Source of the DNA: an uncultured Candidatus Binatia bacterium
GTDB taxonomy: Bacteria; Desulfobacterota; Binatia; UBA9968; CAXXLF01
Reading direction: 5' to 3'
Length of the DNA stretch: 64,000 nucleotides
Assembly: GCA_965218425.1 (NCBI GenBank)
Contig: OZ244621.1
Coordinates: 2,368,001 to 2,432,000, forward strand
Position 1 is the first letter of the stretch. The number at the start of each line of letters is the position of its first letter. Position numbers and translations under genes: made by a program. Shown piece by piece: positions 21,928 to 31,673 of this stretch. The notes under the pieces are model-generated. The model made no database searches. It was not told where the DNA came from and was given only the letters and a program-made list of their open reading frames with translations.

Positions 21928-23013
21928 CTAGGATCCTAGTCGATAGAACCGTTCGGCGTTGCCGTGGAGAACGGCGTGCTTGTCTTCCTGGGTCATCTGC
22001 TCATGATCGGCAATTTCTTTTATCTCCCCCCGGCAGTACTCGTTGTTTACCTCATGAGGGAAATCACTGGAGAACATGAAGGGCTTGTTGCCCAATTCCT
22101 TAATAGCGTAGTGTAGAGTCGGTTCCGTTCCCTCGCAACCGACGAACAGTCTACCTTCCTCAATGTGCCGTTTAATATAATCGCTAACTTTTTCGCCGGA
22201 CTTGAGTTGGATGAACTCACTCCGGGGGTCATAGGCGATATGGGTCTCCCACCCGCGGTCAAAACGCTCGATGCAGGTTTGAAGCCAAGAGACTCCACCC
22301 TCCATGAAGCCAATGCGCGCATTGGGGTGCTTATCGAAGATCCCGTTAAACACGATGCCGGCAAAGGCGACCATGAGACCAAAGGGATGCCCCAAGCCGT
22401 TGATAGGAGCGTAAGGAGTCAGATAGTCCATTCCCAACCCTTCATGGGCTCCTCCATGGATGGCCAGACAGCAACCCAGGCGATGGGCTTCCTCATAGAT
22501 GGGCCAATACTCCTTGCCGCCGAGGTGTCCCGTGTGGCCTGTGGAGGCGAGCATGGCGCCACAAAAACCCAATTTTTCCACGATGCGCCGTAACTCCTTG
22601 ACTGCTTCAGCAGGTTCTTGGAGCGGGATCAATCCGAGTCCCTGGAACCGAGGGCTCTTTTTCAGGTAAGTGGCGTGGAACCAGTCGTTATAGGCCCTGG
22701 CTGCGTCGATGGCAAAGTCCCGGTTGATGATCTTGCCAAAGGCGAGACCGCCCGTTGTGTACAGAACGGCCCTCTCGATACCAACGTCTTTCATGAATTC
22801 CATCCATCCATCAGCATTGACTTGCTTAAAGGCACCAGGGACGAGCTGATGAAGATTGGCGGAATGGAGGTGATCGAGGGGAGGGAAGATCCGTCCCTTA
22901 AACCGTCCACTTTTCCTGTAAGGTTCGGGCATGAACTCCATTAGGGAATCCCAGTCTTCCATTACATGTCCGTCGGCGTCCACCACGTCGATATTGTTCA
23001 GCGTCATACTCAA
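21928..23013 (-). CDS. amidohydrolase family 2 protein
   Basis: VVDADGHVME, ARAYNDW, YWPIYEEA...LAIHGG, FMEGGVSW, FSSDFPHE, NAERFY. Confidence 0.9.
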   Translation of the reverse strand: MSMTLNNIDVVDADGHVMEDWDSLMEFMPEPYRKSGRFKGRIFPPLDHLHSANLHQLVPGAFKQVNADGWMEFMKDVGIERAVLYTTGGLAFGKIINRDFAIDAARAYNDWFHATYLKKSPRFQGLGLIPLQEPAEAVKELRRIVEKLGFCGAMLASTGHTGHLGGKEYWPIYEEAHRLGCCLAIHGGAHEGLGMDYLTPYAPINGLGHPFGLMVAFAGIVFNGIFDKHPNARIGFMEGGVSWLQTCIERFDRGWETHIAYDPRSEFIQLKSGEKVSDYIKRHIEEGRLFVGCEGTEPTLHYAIKELGNKPFMFSSDFPHEVNNEYCRGEIKEIADHEQMTQEDKHAVLHGNAERFYRLGS

Positions 23014-23094
23014 TCCTCCCTTTTCAAAATGAAATTGTCATTTAATGGTCTATTCCAATTCCCGTGGCTGTATTCTTGCAACCTTTTAGGGCGG

Positions 23095-24093
23095 TTAAAG
23101 CCCCCCAGCCGGTATCCGTTTATATGTGCCCGTTTTCAGAAATGCAATGTATTCGCGAAATCCCCTCTCTACGTCATACTCGGGCACATATCCGAATTGA
23201 TCCTTTGCATGGGGGTCGGGCTCCACGGGTCCGCCTTTCTCCGGAGGCTCGGCAACTTCGATTTGGGACCCCGGGATAAGTTTCATGAGGCATTCTGCGA
23301 TCTCAAACATCGTCATTTGTTCTCTTGGTGAAATCCGAAAGACCCAATCTTGCAGCTTATCTGATAGCGTTGCCAGCATGGCGGCCCGCCCAGCGTCTCT
23401 TGCATACAACATACCTGTGGGACGAAGGGAGGGTTGCGGGTCAATTGCGAGGGGAGTGGACGTTAACGCTGCTTCAAATCGGGAGATTTTAACAGTCTCA
23501 CCTCTAAGCGCAGCCTCCACGATGGGCTTGAGACCTCTACCCGAACCGCCTGAAAAATCATAGCCGGGTCCGAAGAGTTGGGAAAAGTGAAGAATTACCA
23601 CATCCATATCGTAGAGTTGCCTGTAGTCATTGCACAGGAGCTCCGTGACCAGTTTGTAGCTTGTATAGGGGTCGGCCTTAACACCTAGCTTCCCGGTTCC
23701 AACCGACTTTGCCACCTGCCCTGCGGTTAGCCGCGTCTTACCCGTGCTGACATGCACCACACGCTTCAGTTTGAGGGCCCGTGCGGTCTCCAGTACATTC
23801 AAAGTCCCCATGACCATGGTTTGAGCCGCGGCGTAGGGGCGTTCGTAAGCTGGCCCCGTGAGAAAACTCGCCGTGTGAAGAATTCGGTCAACGTCGTATT
23901 CCCGCACGGTACGCATCAATTCCGGGGCACTGGTGACATCCCCTTTAACCAGTTCGACTCGGTCAAGGGCGTCTTGGAGCAACTCGGTCTTTAGCGCAAG
24001 GTCATAGGCCACAACCCGTTCCCCCAACTCCACCGCATGACGCACTGCAAAGGAGCCACCCAAGCCACATCCGCCGGTAACTAAGACCGCCAT
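23095..24093 (-). CDS. NAD-dependent epimerase/dehydratase (extended SDR)
   Basis: VLVTGGCGLGG, GDVT, GTLNVLE, YxxxK (YTSYK); ATG 24093 with GGAGG RBS. Confidence 0.85.
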   Translation of the reverse strand: MAVLVTGGCGLGGSFAVRHAVELGERVVAYDLALKTELLQDALDRVELVKGDVTSAPELMRTVREYDVDRILHTASFLTGPAYERPYAAAQTMVMGTLNVLETARALKLKRVVHVSTGKTRLTAGQVAKSVGTGKLGVKADPYTSYKLVTELLCNDYRQLYDMDVVILHFSQLFGPGYDFSGGSGRGLKPIVEAALRGETVKISRFEAALTSTPLAIDPQPSLRPTGMLYARDAGRAAMLATLSDKLQDWVFRISPREQMTMFEIAECLMKLIPGSQIEVAEPPEKGGPVEPDPHAKDQFGYVPEYDVERGFREYIAFLKTGTYKRIPAGGL

Positions 24094-24212
24094 AGTTTTT
24101 CTCCTCCCAGGTAAACTTCGCAGAACCACTTTTCCCGACTCGCCCCGTTGGGGGCAAGTCCGTGTCTAATGTGCTTCTACCACTGGCCTGGTTAATTTTC
24201 AATACTACTGAC

Positions 24213-24515
24213 TTACTCGGTTATGGGGCCCGATGGCTCCACTTCGGGAGGGAATTCGGACAAGGGAAAGGGTCGGTGGGGTTCGTTAAAGGTCAGGTAG
24301 CGCAGCATGCGGTATTGATAACTGAGGGCGCGATTGGCAAAAGTCCTGACCCCCTCGCTGGGAGGTTTTTTGGTAATCAACGTATAGAGCAGCTCAAAAA
24401 TGACAAGCACGGCCACGACCATTTTAACCACTTCCAGAATTATCCAGTAAAGCAGACTGAGTACGACCCGGACCCCGGTGTCTTTTCGCTCGATTTCAAT
24501 ACCTTCAAGCTCCAT
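24213..24515 (-). CDS. DUF4389-like small membrane protein
   Basis: Two hydrophobic segments, then YRMLRYLTFNEPHRPFPLS; GGAGG RBS. Confidence 0.75.
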   Translation of the reverse strand: MELEGIEIERKDTGVRVVLSLLYWIILEVVKMVVAVLVIFELLYTLITKKPPSEGVRTFANRALSYQYRMLRYLTFNEPHRPFPLSEFPPEVEPSGPITE

Positions 24516-24611
24516 TTCAGACCTCCAATCTGGTTCATACAATATCCCAGGTATCGTATCTTACTTCCGTGGAAAGTTATAGTGTAAAATCAGGTGCGTT
24601 GGGAGGACTCG

Positions 24612-24640
24612 TTGACAACAAATCCTTCATTGCATAATCT
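24612..24640 (+). promoter_or_regulatory. sigma70-like promoter for the CDGSH-cupin pair
   Basis: TTGACA-N17-TAATCT, followed by AAGGAG RBS and ATG 24660. Confidence 0.55.
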
Positions 24641-24659
24641 CGCTAATAAGGAGTTTTCA

Positions 24660-24935
24660 ATGAATTTAGCGTACCAGGACCTTAAGCAACCGTTTGTTAT
24701 CAAGCAGGTCTCGAAGAGTAAGGCCTACTGCATGTGCGGGCGTAGCAATAACCTGCCTTTTTGCGACGATTCTCATCTTGCCACCAGCATCCAGCCGAAG
24801 GTTTTGGAGTTTGACTCCCCCACGACCATTGCCATCTGCAGCTGTTGGAAATCGCAAAACCATCCCTTCTGTGACGGAACCCATGGCAAGCTCGTTGTGG
24901 AGCCGGCAGGGTCGGGTAGGGGTAACAGAGAGTAG
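24660..24935 (+). CDS. tandem CDGSH iron-sulfur domain protein
   Basis: CMCGRSNNLPFCDDSH and CSCWKSQNHPFCDGTH. Confidence 0.9.
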   Translation: MNLAYQDLKQPFVIKQVSKSKAYCMCGRSNNLPFCDDSHLATSIQPKVLEFDSPTTIAICSCWKSQNHPFCDGTHGKLVVEPAGSGRGNRE

Positions 24936-24997
24936 GAACACACGTCTAATTGGAGCTCACAACTCAACGTCATCATTTTTTTAAGGAGGCCGGCATC

Positions 24998-25384
24998 ATG
25001 GTCGAGGTAAAAAATCCGTTCGATGAAGTGGAAGCCCATCCAGGTGTCCGAAACTTCAAGCTCTGGAATACCGATAATGCGACATTTTGGGTGATTAACT
25101 CGGATCCGCTCGTCCAGGACGACATGCACTATCACGACAATGACGATCACATCTTCATGGTTCTGGAAGGAGAGGGAGTGGTGCGTACTCCGGAGAAAGA
25201 GTTTCAGCTAAAACCCTTCGATATCATTCTCCTGACATCGAAGCAGCCCTATCAACTGTGCAATACAGGGGAAAAGAGACTCCTTCTACTGGGTGCGGGG
25301 AACCGGGGAGTGAACGGGAAACTCAGGACTCGCGTGCCCAAGAACGCGAGCCATATGCCGATAACCGAGCCCATTGTGGCCTAG
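24998..25384 (+). CDS. cupin domain protein
   Basis: MHYHDNDDHIFMVLEGEG cupin motif; AAGGAGG RBS. Confidence 0.82.
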   Translation: MVEVKNPFDEVEAHPGVRNFKLWNTDNATFWVINSDPLVQDDMHYHDNDDHIFMVLEGEGVVRTPEKEFQLKPFDIILLTSKQPYQLCNTGEKRLLLLGAGNRGVNGKLRTRVPKNASHMPITEPIVA

Positions 25385-25417
25385 AGGCGACAATTTGGTC
25401 GGAAATTATTTGAGGGT

Positions 25418-26626
25418 TTAACGAACTTGCCCATCCGGGAAAGCAATTCGACTGCGAATTAGCGCCCAGGAGGCTCGGGTGAGCATGTAGTTTGAACTGG
25501 CCCGCTGAAGATCCCGCTTAATCTTTAAAGCGAATTCTTCACGCTTGTGGCCCAGGCTTTTCTTCATAGACCTGTATTCCTGCTTGAGTTCCCGCCACCT
25601 CCCGTAGGCTGACAGCAGCGCTTCGTGGGTATTGTGAATTTTCTGCTTCATTCGCTCACTGAATTCGTGGGAAAGCCCTACCAGCTTTTGCTCCGCCTGG
25701 GCTCGTTGGATGTCAAGGCGGGCCCGAAAGATATGCAGATCCGAGGCCCTGCGTAGGCCTTTTGCGAGACGCAGTGTCTCAAGGGATTTAATAAGCCATT
25801 TGGTTGGATCGAACTGAAACCAGCGGATGCCGTTACGGTAATCGTATTGAAAGCGGTGATGGAAATTATGGTAACCCTCGCCGCAGGTTAGAATCGCCAC
25901 AATGGCGCTGTCCCTCGACGAGTCGTTTTGGGAATAGGGCTGCTTACCGATATAGTGACAAAGCGAATTAATGAGGAAGGTTGAATGATGCACGATTACC
26001 GTACGGGCTACCCCCGCTAAGAGAAGGCAGCCTATTGCATTGCCTAAATAATATCCAATCAATAGAGGCAACCCTGCTCCCACAGTGATCGCTATGGGTA
26101 AGTAATACTTATCCTGCCAAGCCACCAAAAGGTCTTCCTTTAGGTCGCGTGTGATATCAAAGGGAGTATTCTCGATTTTCTTAAAGAAAACGGGATCTTT
26201 AAAAAAGACCCAGCCTATATGGGCGTGGAAAAATCCTCTGCGGATATTGTAGGGGTCTCCCTCCCGATCCACAAATCGGTGATGATTGCGATGATCGGAT
26301 ACCCACTGCAGTGCAGAGTTCTCGCACGCCGCCGCTCCAAAAAGGAGGTAGAAGAGTTTAACCATGCTGTTGGCTTCATAAGAGCGGTGGGCGAACAGAC
26401 GATGATAGCCGCCTGTAACGGACAACCCGGTGGCAGCCAGATAAAAGACGAACACGCCAACCAGAGACCAGGAGGTCCCGAAGTAGTAGATATGGAACGG
26501 CAAACCCACCAGAGCAATCAAAGCAGTAGATGTTAGAAAGATTGTATTGACCCAGTGTATGGAAGAGGACTGGCGGGTCAGGGGATCTGGTGTCGTTATT
26601 TCGCTATTTTGCATGACTATCATCAT
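25418..26626 (-). CDS. delta-9 acyl-CoA/acyl-lipid fatty acid desaturase
   Basis: His boxes HRLFAH, HRNHH and GEGYHNFHH; FDPTKWLI; coiled-coil C-terminus. Confidence 0.92.
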   Translation of the reverse strand: MMIVMQNSEITTPDPLTRQSSSIHWVNTIFLTSTALIALVGLPFHIYYFGTSWSLVGVFVFYLAATGLSVTGGYHRLFAHRSYEANSMVKLFYLLFGAAACENSALQWVSDHRNHHRFVDREGDPYNIRRGFFHAHIGWVFFKDPVFFKKIENTPFDITRDLKEDLLVAWQDKYYLPIAITVGAGLPLLIGYYLGNAIGCLLLAGVARTVIVHHSTFLINSLCHYIGKQPYSQNDSSRDSAIVAILTCGEGYHNFHHRFQYDYRNGIRWFQFDPTKWLIKSLETLRLAKGLRRASDLHIFRARLDIQRAQAEQKLVGLSHEFSERMKQKIHNTHEALLSAYGRWRELKQEYRSMKKSLGHKREEFALKIKRDLQRASSNYMLTRASWALIRSRIAFPDGQVR

Positions 26627-26969
26627 ACCATATTAATATATGAACTGGTACCCATTGAAGGCTGCTCCTTTGATATCAGGCATATCGGACCCTGCTCATC
26701 GCTAGGGACCCACCTCGCTAAAGTGGCTAAGGATTTCTCGCCCAACTAGATCTTACCAAAGACGCTGGTCTGCAAAGGCCCGTGATGACGCAGTCTGGAG
26801 GTAGGGCACGAATTCCACGGCACGACGGTCGTCCTGAAAACAGAAGTACGTAACAACCTTCCAAAAAAGGGAAAAAGAGGTCAAGATGACCCTTGCCCTT
26901 GCTTTGACACGGGCATTCGAATGTGAAAAGAGCCGGGATGGAGTACGACTTCAGACGCGGGAGGTTCAA

Positions 26970-27605
26970 ATGATCGAGCTGACACCGAGTGGCATCGAAG
27001 ATTATGCAATGCGCCATACCACCCCATTATCCGAAATCCATGAGCGATTGTGGCGCGAGACCCACGACAAGACAACCCGGCCGCAAATGATGGTTGGGCC
27101 CCTGGAGGGGGCGTTGCTCAGGTTTCTAGCGCGGCTAACCGTGGCACGTAGGATTCTAGAGATCGGGATGTTCACGGGATACAGCAGCCTGGCATGGGCG
27201 GAGGCCCTTCCGCCCGACGGTCAACTGATCACCCTGGATGTCAATCCAGAGACGGCCGAGATCGCAAAGCGCTACTTCCGAGAAAGTCCGCACGGAAAAA
27301 AGATCGACCTGAGGCTTGGACCGGCCTTGGATTCCCTAAAGACCCTGCGGGGACCTTTCGACCTGTGCTTTATCGATGCAGATAAGACCGAATACTCCGA
27401 TTATTACGAAATCTGCATCGGGCTCGTACGTCAGGGGGGATTGATCGTGCTGGATAACATGGTGCAGCGGGGCCAGGTACTCGACCCAAACGACGACAGA
27501 AGCCGTGAAATTAGAGTTCTGAACCGCCGTATCCTGGATGATCCCAGGGTCGAGAACGTCCTGCTTCCGTTGCGCGATGGAATCATGCTGGTCTACAAAC
27601 TTTAG
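26970..27605 (+). CDS. class I SAM-dependent O-methyltransferase (caffeoyl-CoA OMT family)
   Basis: LEIGMFTGYS, FDLCFIDADK, GGLIVLDN, LPLRDGI; GGAGG RBS. Confidence 0.92.
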   Translation: MIELTPSGIEDYAMRHTTPLSEIHERLWRETHDKTTRPQMMVGPLEGALLRFLARLTVARRILEIGMFTGYSSLAWAEALPPDGQLITLDVNPETAEIAKRYFRESPHGKKIDLRLGPALDSLKTLRGPFDLCFIDADKTEYSDYYEICIGLVRQGGLIVLDNMVQRGQVLDPNDDRSREIRVLNRRILDDPRVENVLLPLRDGIMLVYKL

Positions 27606-27733
27606 GGGGTCGGAGAGGGGGAGTGGGGCTTTGACTGGTTGCTCAGTGCGGCGGCGGAACAATGGATCGGTAGAGCAGTGGTTCGCATTGTCGCCTCCCC
27701 CGCTCCACTTCTCCATTGCGCCAATGCTCTAAA
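27606..27733. repeat. inverted 8-bp-period repeat arrays
   Basis: GCGGCGGA-ACAATGGA-TCGGTAGA-GCAGTGGT faces GCTCCACT-TCTCCATT-GCGCCAAT-GCTCTAAA; a G-rich octamer run follows the OMT stop. Confidence 0.55.
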
Positions 27734-27752
27734 ATTTTGCTTGGCAAAATTT

Positions 27753-27828
<76 letters not shown>

Positions 27829-27925
27829 ACTCGTAACCTTCACGATGCAAAAAAGATCATTGAAAGTCAAATAGCCGGACAGGACTGGGTACGCGTGCTG
27901 AAGCAAAAGTACCAAAACGTCAATT

Positions 27926-29620
27926 CTAGGCGCCCTTCAGCATCTCTTCCGCGTGCCGTTTGGTTTGTTCGGTGATCTTGATTCCCCCTAGCATCCGGGC
28001 AATCTCATGAACCTTTTCCCTCTGCGCCAGTTTCCTCACTTTGGTGAAGGTTCGACCCTTGGCCACCTCTTTTTCCACCGCGAAATGAGAGTTTGCCAGG
28101 GCTGCCACCTGTGGGAGGTGAGTTACGCAGATCACTTGATGGGTTTCGGCAACTTTTTTAAGTTTGTTCCCCACCATCTCGGCAACTCTCCCACCAATAC
28201 CTGCGTCCACCTCATCGAAAAGGAGAGTTGGGATCTCCCCTTTAGTCAACACCAATGATTTTACGGCCAACATGACCCGTGAGAGTTCTCCTCCCGAGGC
28301 AATCTTGGCCAAGGGTTTGACGTCCTCGCCAGGATTGGGAGCGAAGTAGAGCTCAACCTGATCGATGCCCTCTTCCGTTAGCGTTTTTCCATCCATGGAG
28401 AAGGGAGACTCTTCCCTATCCTCTTTTCCGTCCAAGAAGCGAACCTCAAACTGGGTGCGGCTCATACCTAGACCATCGGTCTCTTTTTGGAGATCCTTGC
28501 TCAAGTTTTTTGCAACACGTTTTCGTTGCGCCGACAGGGCTTCGGCTTCCCCCCACGCTACCCGCCGGTTCATTTCAAGGGTGTGCTCAAGGTCCGCGAT
28601 CCCCTCTTCGCCCTGGCCTAAAGCGGCAAGCTCTGCTTCCGCTTTCTCACCGAGGCTGATAATGTCTTCTATGGATCCGTTGTATTTTCGCTTTAGACGG
28701 TTCAGCTCAGCAAGGCGATCGTCCAATCGTTCCAGTGACTGGGGGTCAAATTCCACGCGACTCTTGTAGCCCCGGAGTTTCGAGGTTGCCTCCTCCAATT
28801 GAGCAAGGGCTGAATTGAGCAGTTCCACCGTCTCGGTAAGGGACGGATCAATGGCCGCTAACTCCTGTAAGCGAGACAGGACTCTTCCCAGCCTGCTCAC
28901 CACGGAGTCTTCCGCTTCGTAAAGGATCTCTTCTCCCTCCTGGCAGCCCGTGTAGAGTCTCTCCGCGTGGTTGAGGATATTCTTCTTTGCCTGGAGCTCC
29001 TCTGCTTCACCCGTCCGCAATGACGCCCGTGAAATCTCTTCCACCTGCTCTCTCAGGAGCGTCTCCTCTTGCAACTGTCTCTCCAGGGCATCCTTTGCCC
29101 GTGTCAGTCGGTCCCAGACACTCCGGAATTCTTGGAATCCCTTTTTCATCTCTGCGGCTTTATCCTCCAGGCCTCCATAGGCGTCGAGTAGTAGGAGATG
29201 ACTTTCAGGATTCAGCAGGCCGTGATGCTCGTGCTGACCGTAGATGTGAATGAGGCAACTGCCCAATTCAGACAGAAGGCTTAGGGCGCTAAGGCTTCCG
29301 TTTAAGTAGATGCGGTTTTTTCCCGATCGGCTGATAATCCTTTTGACGATCAGTTCACCTTCACTGGCGTAATCCGCTTCTTGGAGTTTGTCATCTAGCG
29401 GCTGAGGCAGGGAATCGAAAAGAGCCTCCACCGTGGCTTCCTCCTCCCCCTGGCGAATGATGTCCGAAGAGATCCTCCCTCCGAGGATGAGACCTAGGGC
29501 GTTCAAGACGATGGTCTTTCCCGCGCCCGTCTCTCCGGTCAATACGTTCAGCCCAGGACCCAACTCCAATGTGACCTGGTCAATGATTGCGAAGTTCTTG
29601 ATGCGTAGCTCTCGCAGCAT
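27926..29620 (-). CDS. recN: DNA repair protein RecN
   Basis: LRIKNFAII, LTGETGAGKT, ASGGELSRVMLA, FDEVDAGIGG, QVICVTHLPQVAA. Confidence 0.97.
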   Translation of the reverse strand: MLRELRIKNFAIIDQVTLELGPGLNVLTGETGAGKTIVLNALGLILGGRISSDIIRQGEEEATVEALFDSLPQPLDDKLQEADYASEGELIVKRIISRSGKNRIYLNGSLSALSLLSELGSCLIHIYGQHEHHGLLNPESHLLLLDAYGGLEDKAAEMKKGFQEFRSVWDRLTRAKDALERQLQEETLLREQVEEISRASLRTGEAEELQAKKNILNHAERLYTGCQEGEEILYEAEDSVVSRLGRVLSRLQELAAIDPSLTETVELLNSALAQLEEATSKLRGYKSRVEFDPQSLERLDDRLAELNRLKRKYNGSIEDIISLGEKAEAELAALGQGEEGIADLEHTLEMNRRVAWGEAEALSAQRKRVAKNLSKDLQKETDGLGMSRTQFEVRFLDGKEDREESPFSMDGKTLTEEGIDQVELYFAPNPGEDVKPLAKIASGGELSRVMLAVKSLVLTKGEIPTLLFDEVDAGIGGRVAEMVGNKLKKVAETHQVICVTHLPQVAALANSHFAVEKEVAKGRTFTKVRKLAQREKVHEIARMLGGIKITEQTKRHAEEMLKGA

Positions 29621-29638
29621 CTTCAAATAAAGCGTTTC

Positions 29639-30490
29639 TTATCTTTCGCCCCACTTTAGTCTGTTCCTCAGGATGTCAAAGTAGCCACGGGTGGGGGTCT
29701 CAACCAGGGAAACCGGCACTCCAAAATCCCGAGCTTCCACAACATCGCCGTCAGTCAATAGCATGGCTTGCAGCCCGTCCGGGCTCAAAAATACGGTGTC
29801 CTCACCTGAGCGCAAGGTAACGCGGACGGTGGATTTGTTGGAGATCACAATTGGGCGATTGGTAAGCATGTGAGGGCAAATGGGTGAAAGGATGATGGCT
29901 CCTAGGGACGGGTAGAGAATAGGTCCTCCCGCCGCCATGGAATATGCCGTGGATCCTGTTGGAGTGGAGATAACTAGACCATCGGCCCTATAGGTGCAAA
30001 GATAATCCTTTCCCACGTAGGTCTCCAAGCCAATGATCTTCGAGCGTGCCCCTTTAGTGATGACCCCGTCATTGAGCACGCGAAATTTTTGCGGTTTTGC
30101 CTTCTTGCTGTAGACGCGAAGCTCCAGAGTCATTCTTTTCTGTACAGAGAAATTCCCCTTCAAGGTATTCTCAAGCACGGATTCCAACTCGTCGGCGGCA
30201 ATTTCCGTGATAAAACCCAACCCCCCCAGGTTTACGCCCATAATCGGGACCTCGGGTCTTTCCACGAGTCGTGCGATGCTGAGAAAAGTCCCGTCTCCAC
30301 CAAGAACCAGGATCAAATCGGCTGATTTGGCCATGGTCTGTTTTTCGGAGGCCTTTCCGCCGGATTCGGTGAAGCCCGGTTCCACCAGGACCTGCTTCCC
30401 TTGTTTCTTGAGCCAGGGAATGAGCCACTTTGCGATTTCCACCGCCTTCGGCTCTCCATGCTTGGCCACCAATCCTACGGTCTTGATCAT
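29639..30490 (-). CDS. nadK: NAD kinase
   Basis: LGGDGTFL, GVNLGGLGF, DGLVISTPTGSTAYSMAAGGP. Confidence 0.96.
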   Translation of the reverse strand: MIKTVGLVAKHGEPKAVEIAKWLIPWLKKQGKQVLVEPGFTESGGKASEKQTMAKSADLILVLGGDGTFLSIARLVERPEVPIMGVNLGGLGFITEIAADELESVLENTLKGNFSVQKRMTLELRVYSKKAKPQKFRVLNDGVITKGARSKIIGLETYVGKDYLCTYRADGLVISTPTGSTAYSMAAGGPILYPSLGAIILSPICPHMLTNRPIVISNKSTVRVTLRSGEDTVFLSPDGLQAMLLTDGDVVEARDFGVPVSLVETPTRGYFDILRNRLKWGER

Positions 30491-30640
30491 TGACTCCCTT
30501 TCCCTCCAGCCGGACATTAGCATACCGGGAGAAAGGAAGTCCATGGAGCCAGCGGAAATTAGGGTACCTACCTACCCTCGACTTCCCCCCTCATTATTCG
30601 TATACAAAAGCAAAGCTCTAAGCAGGGGGGGAGAGAAGAA

Positions 30641-31285
30641 TTGGACAGCAAAGAGTTGTTGGCAATCATTCATAATCGGCGCAGTGTCAGGGTCTACAAG
30701 ACCGGCAAGGTGACGGAGCAACAATTGGAAACAATCCTGGAAGCCGCCCGTTGGTCTCCTTCAGGTGCCAACACGCAGCCATGGGAGCTCGTGATAACCC
30801 GTGACCGGGAAAAGATGAAGAAAGTGCGTCAGATCTATTCCAACGAATGGAAGCAACGGAAACTGGAAGATCCAGTCCATTACAAAGGGCTAAAAAAGGA
30901 CTACGTGGGAGACGTGAGTGTCTTGGTGTTGGTCTGTGGAGACCCGCGGACCATGGGGGTCTATCTTACCACGCGCCAACCGGGGGACCGGGAAAAGCTC
31001 TTTCAGGCCAGCGTGGCAAACGCCGTGGAGCACTTGATGCTTATGGCGGCAAGCATGGGTTTGGGGACGGTTTGGGTCTCGGTTCGCCAGGAGGTGGAGG
31101 CAGACCTGAGAAAGCTGTTTAACGTACCAGAGCCCCTTCGACTCCTCTGGGTGGTTCCCGTTGGTCACCCACGCGTTTTTCCCAGAGCCAGACCGAGACG
31201 GGAACTATCGGCCTTTGTGCACCGGGAAGGTTACGATCCTAAGAAGCTACGCAACGAACGGGACATCCGAGCCTGGCCCAAGTGA
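30641..31285 (+). CDS. nitroreductase family protein
   Basis: RRSVRVY, EAARWSPSGANTQPWE, LMAASMGLGTVW. Confidence 0.9.
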   Translation: MDSKELLAIIHNRRSVRVYKTGKVTEQQLETILEAARWSPSGANTQPWELVITRDREKMKKVRQIYSNEWKQRKLEDPVHYKGLKKDYVGDVSVLVLVCGDPRTMGVYLTTRQPGDREKLFQASVANAVEHLMLMAASMGLGTVWVSVRQEVEADLRKLFNVPEPLRLLWVVPVGHPRVFPRARPRRELSAFVHREGYDPKKLRNERDIRAWPK

Positions 31286-31345
31286 CCCCTAGACTAGAAG
31301 ATGCGAAGCTTATTGCCCGCGCCCTGAATACTTGCGCCCCCAGGA

Positions 31346-31487
31346 GAGTGAGGGCTCAGGGGCCCGCCCCTCAGCGGGAGCCGATGGGTCTATGCCTTGA
31401 GGCCCTGTCATTTGATTCGGCGGGTCAGGCTGGCATGCGCCTAAAGTATCGGACGTCTCCCTTTCTTCGGTACAAGCCCCTTCACCC
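31346..31487 (-). ncRNA. candidate structured ncRNA (rod-like with internal bubble, 6S-like topology)
   Basis: Nested complementarity GGGTGA/TCACTC, GGGCTT/GAGCCC, GGGAG/CTCCC, CCGAT/ATCGG, ATGCC/GGCAT, CCTG/CAGG. G-U pairs favour the minus strand; a TAGATT -10-like hexamer lies just upstream. Confidence 0.35.
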
Positions 31488-31634
31488 ACCACAATCTACG
31501 ACGAAGGGGAGCGAAGCAAGACCCCGAAGCCCTAAGGTAACGGTGATGGAGAATGTGCGAACTTCATTCTCCCTAGTCGAAAAGGCCGACGAGACATTTC
31601 GCACCACACTTTCTGAAGGAGAGCCAACCATCCG

Positions 31635-31673
31635 TTGACACCGCATAGGTTGAGGAGCTATAGTGAAAATCCG
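31635..31673 (+). promoter_or_regulatory. sigma70-like promoter upstream of the kdsB-pyrG operon, with TCCG start region
   Basis: TTGACA (31635-40), N18, TATAGT (31659-64); TCCG lies 6-9 nt after the -10 box. Confidence 0.65.

Noticed and set aside
31520..31625. Moco riboswitch-like words (CCGAAGCCCTAAGG...GAAGGAG)
   Set aside because: Only scattered similarity; no start codon or molybdenum-related gene follows.
31282..31638. 118-aa plus-strand ORF after the nitroreductase
   Set aside because: No family motifs; it spans the structured RNA candidate and the promoter, so it is probably spurious.
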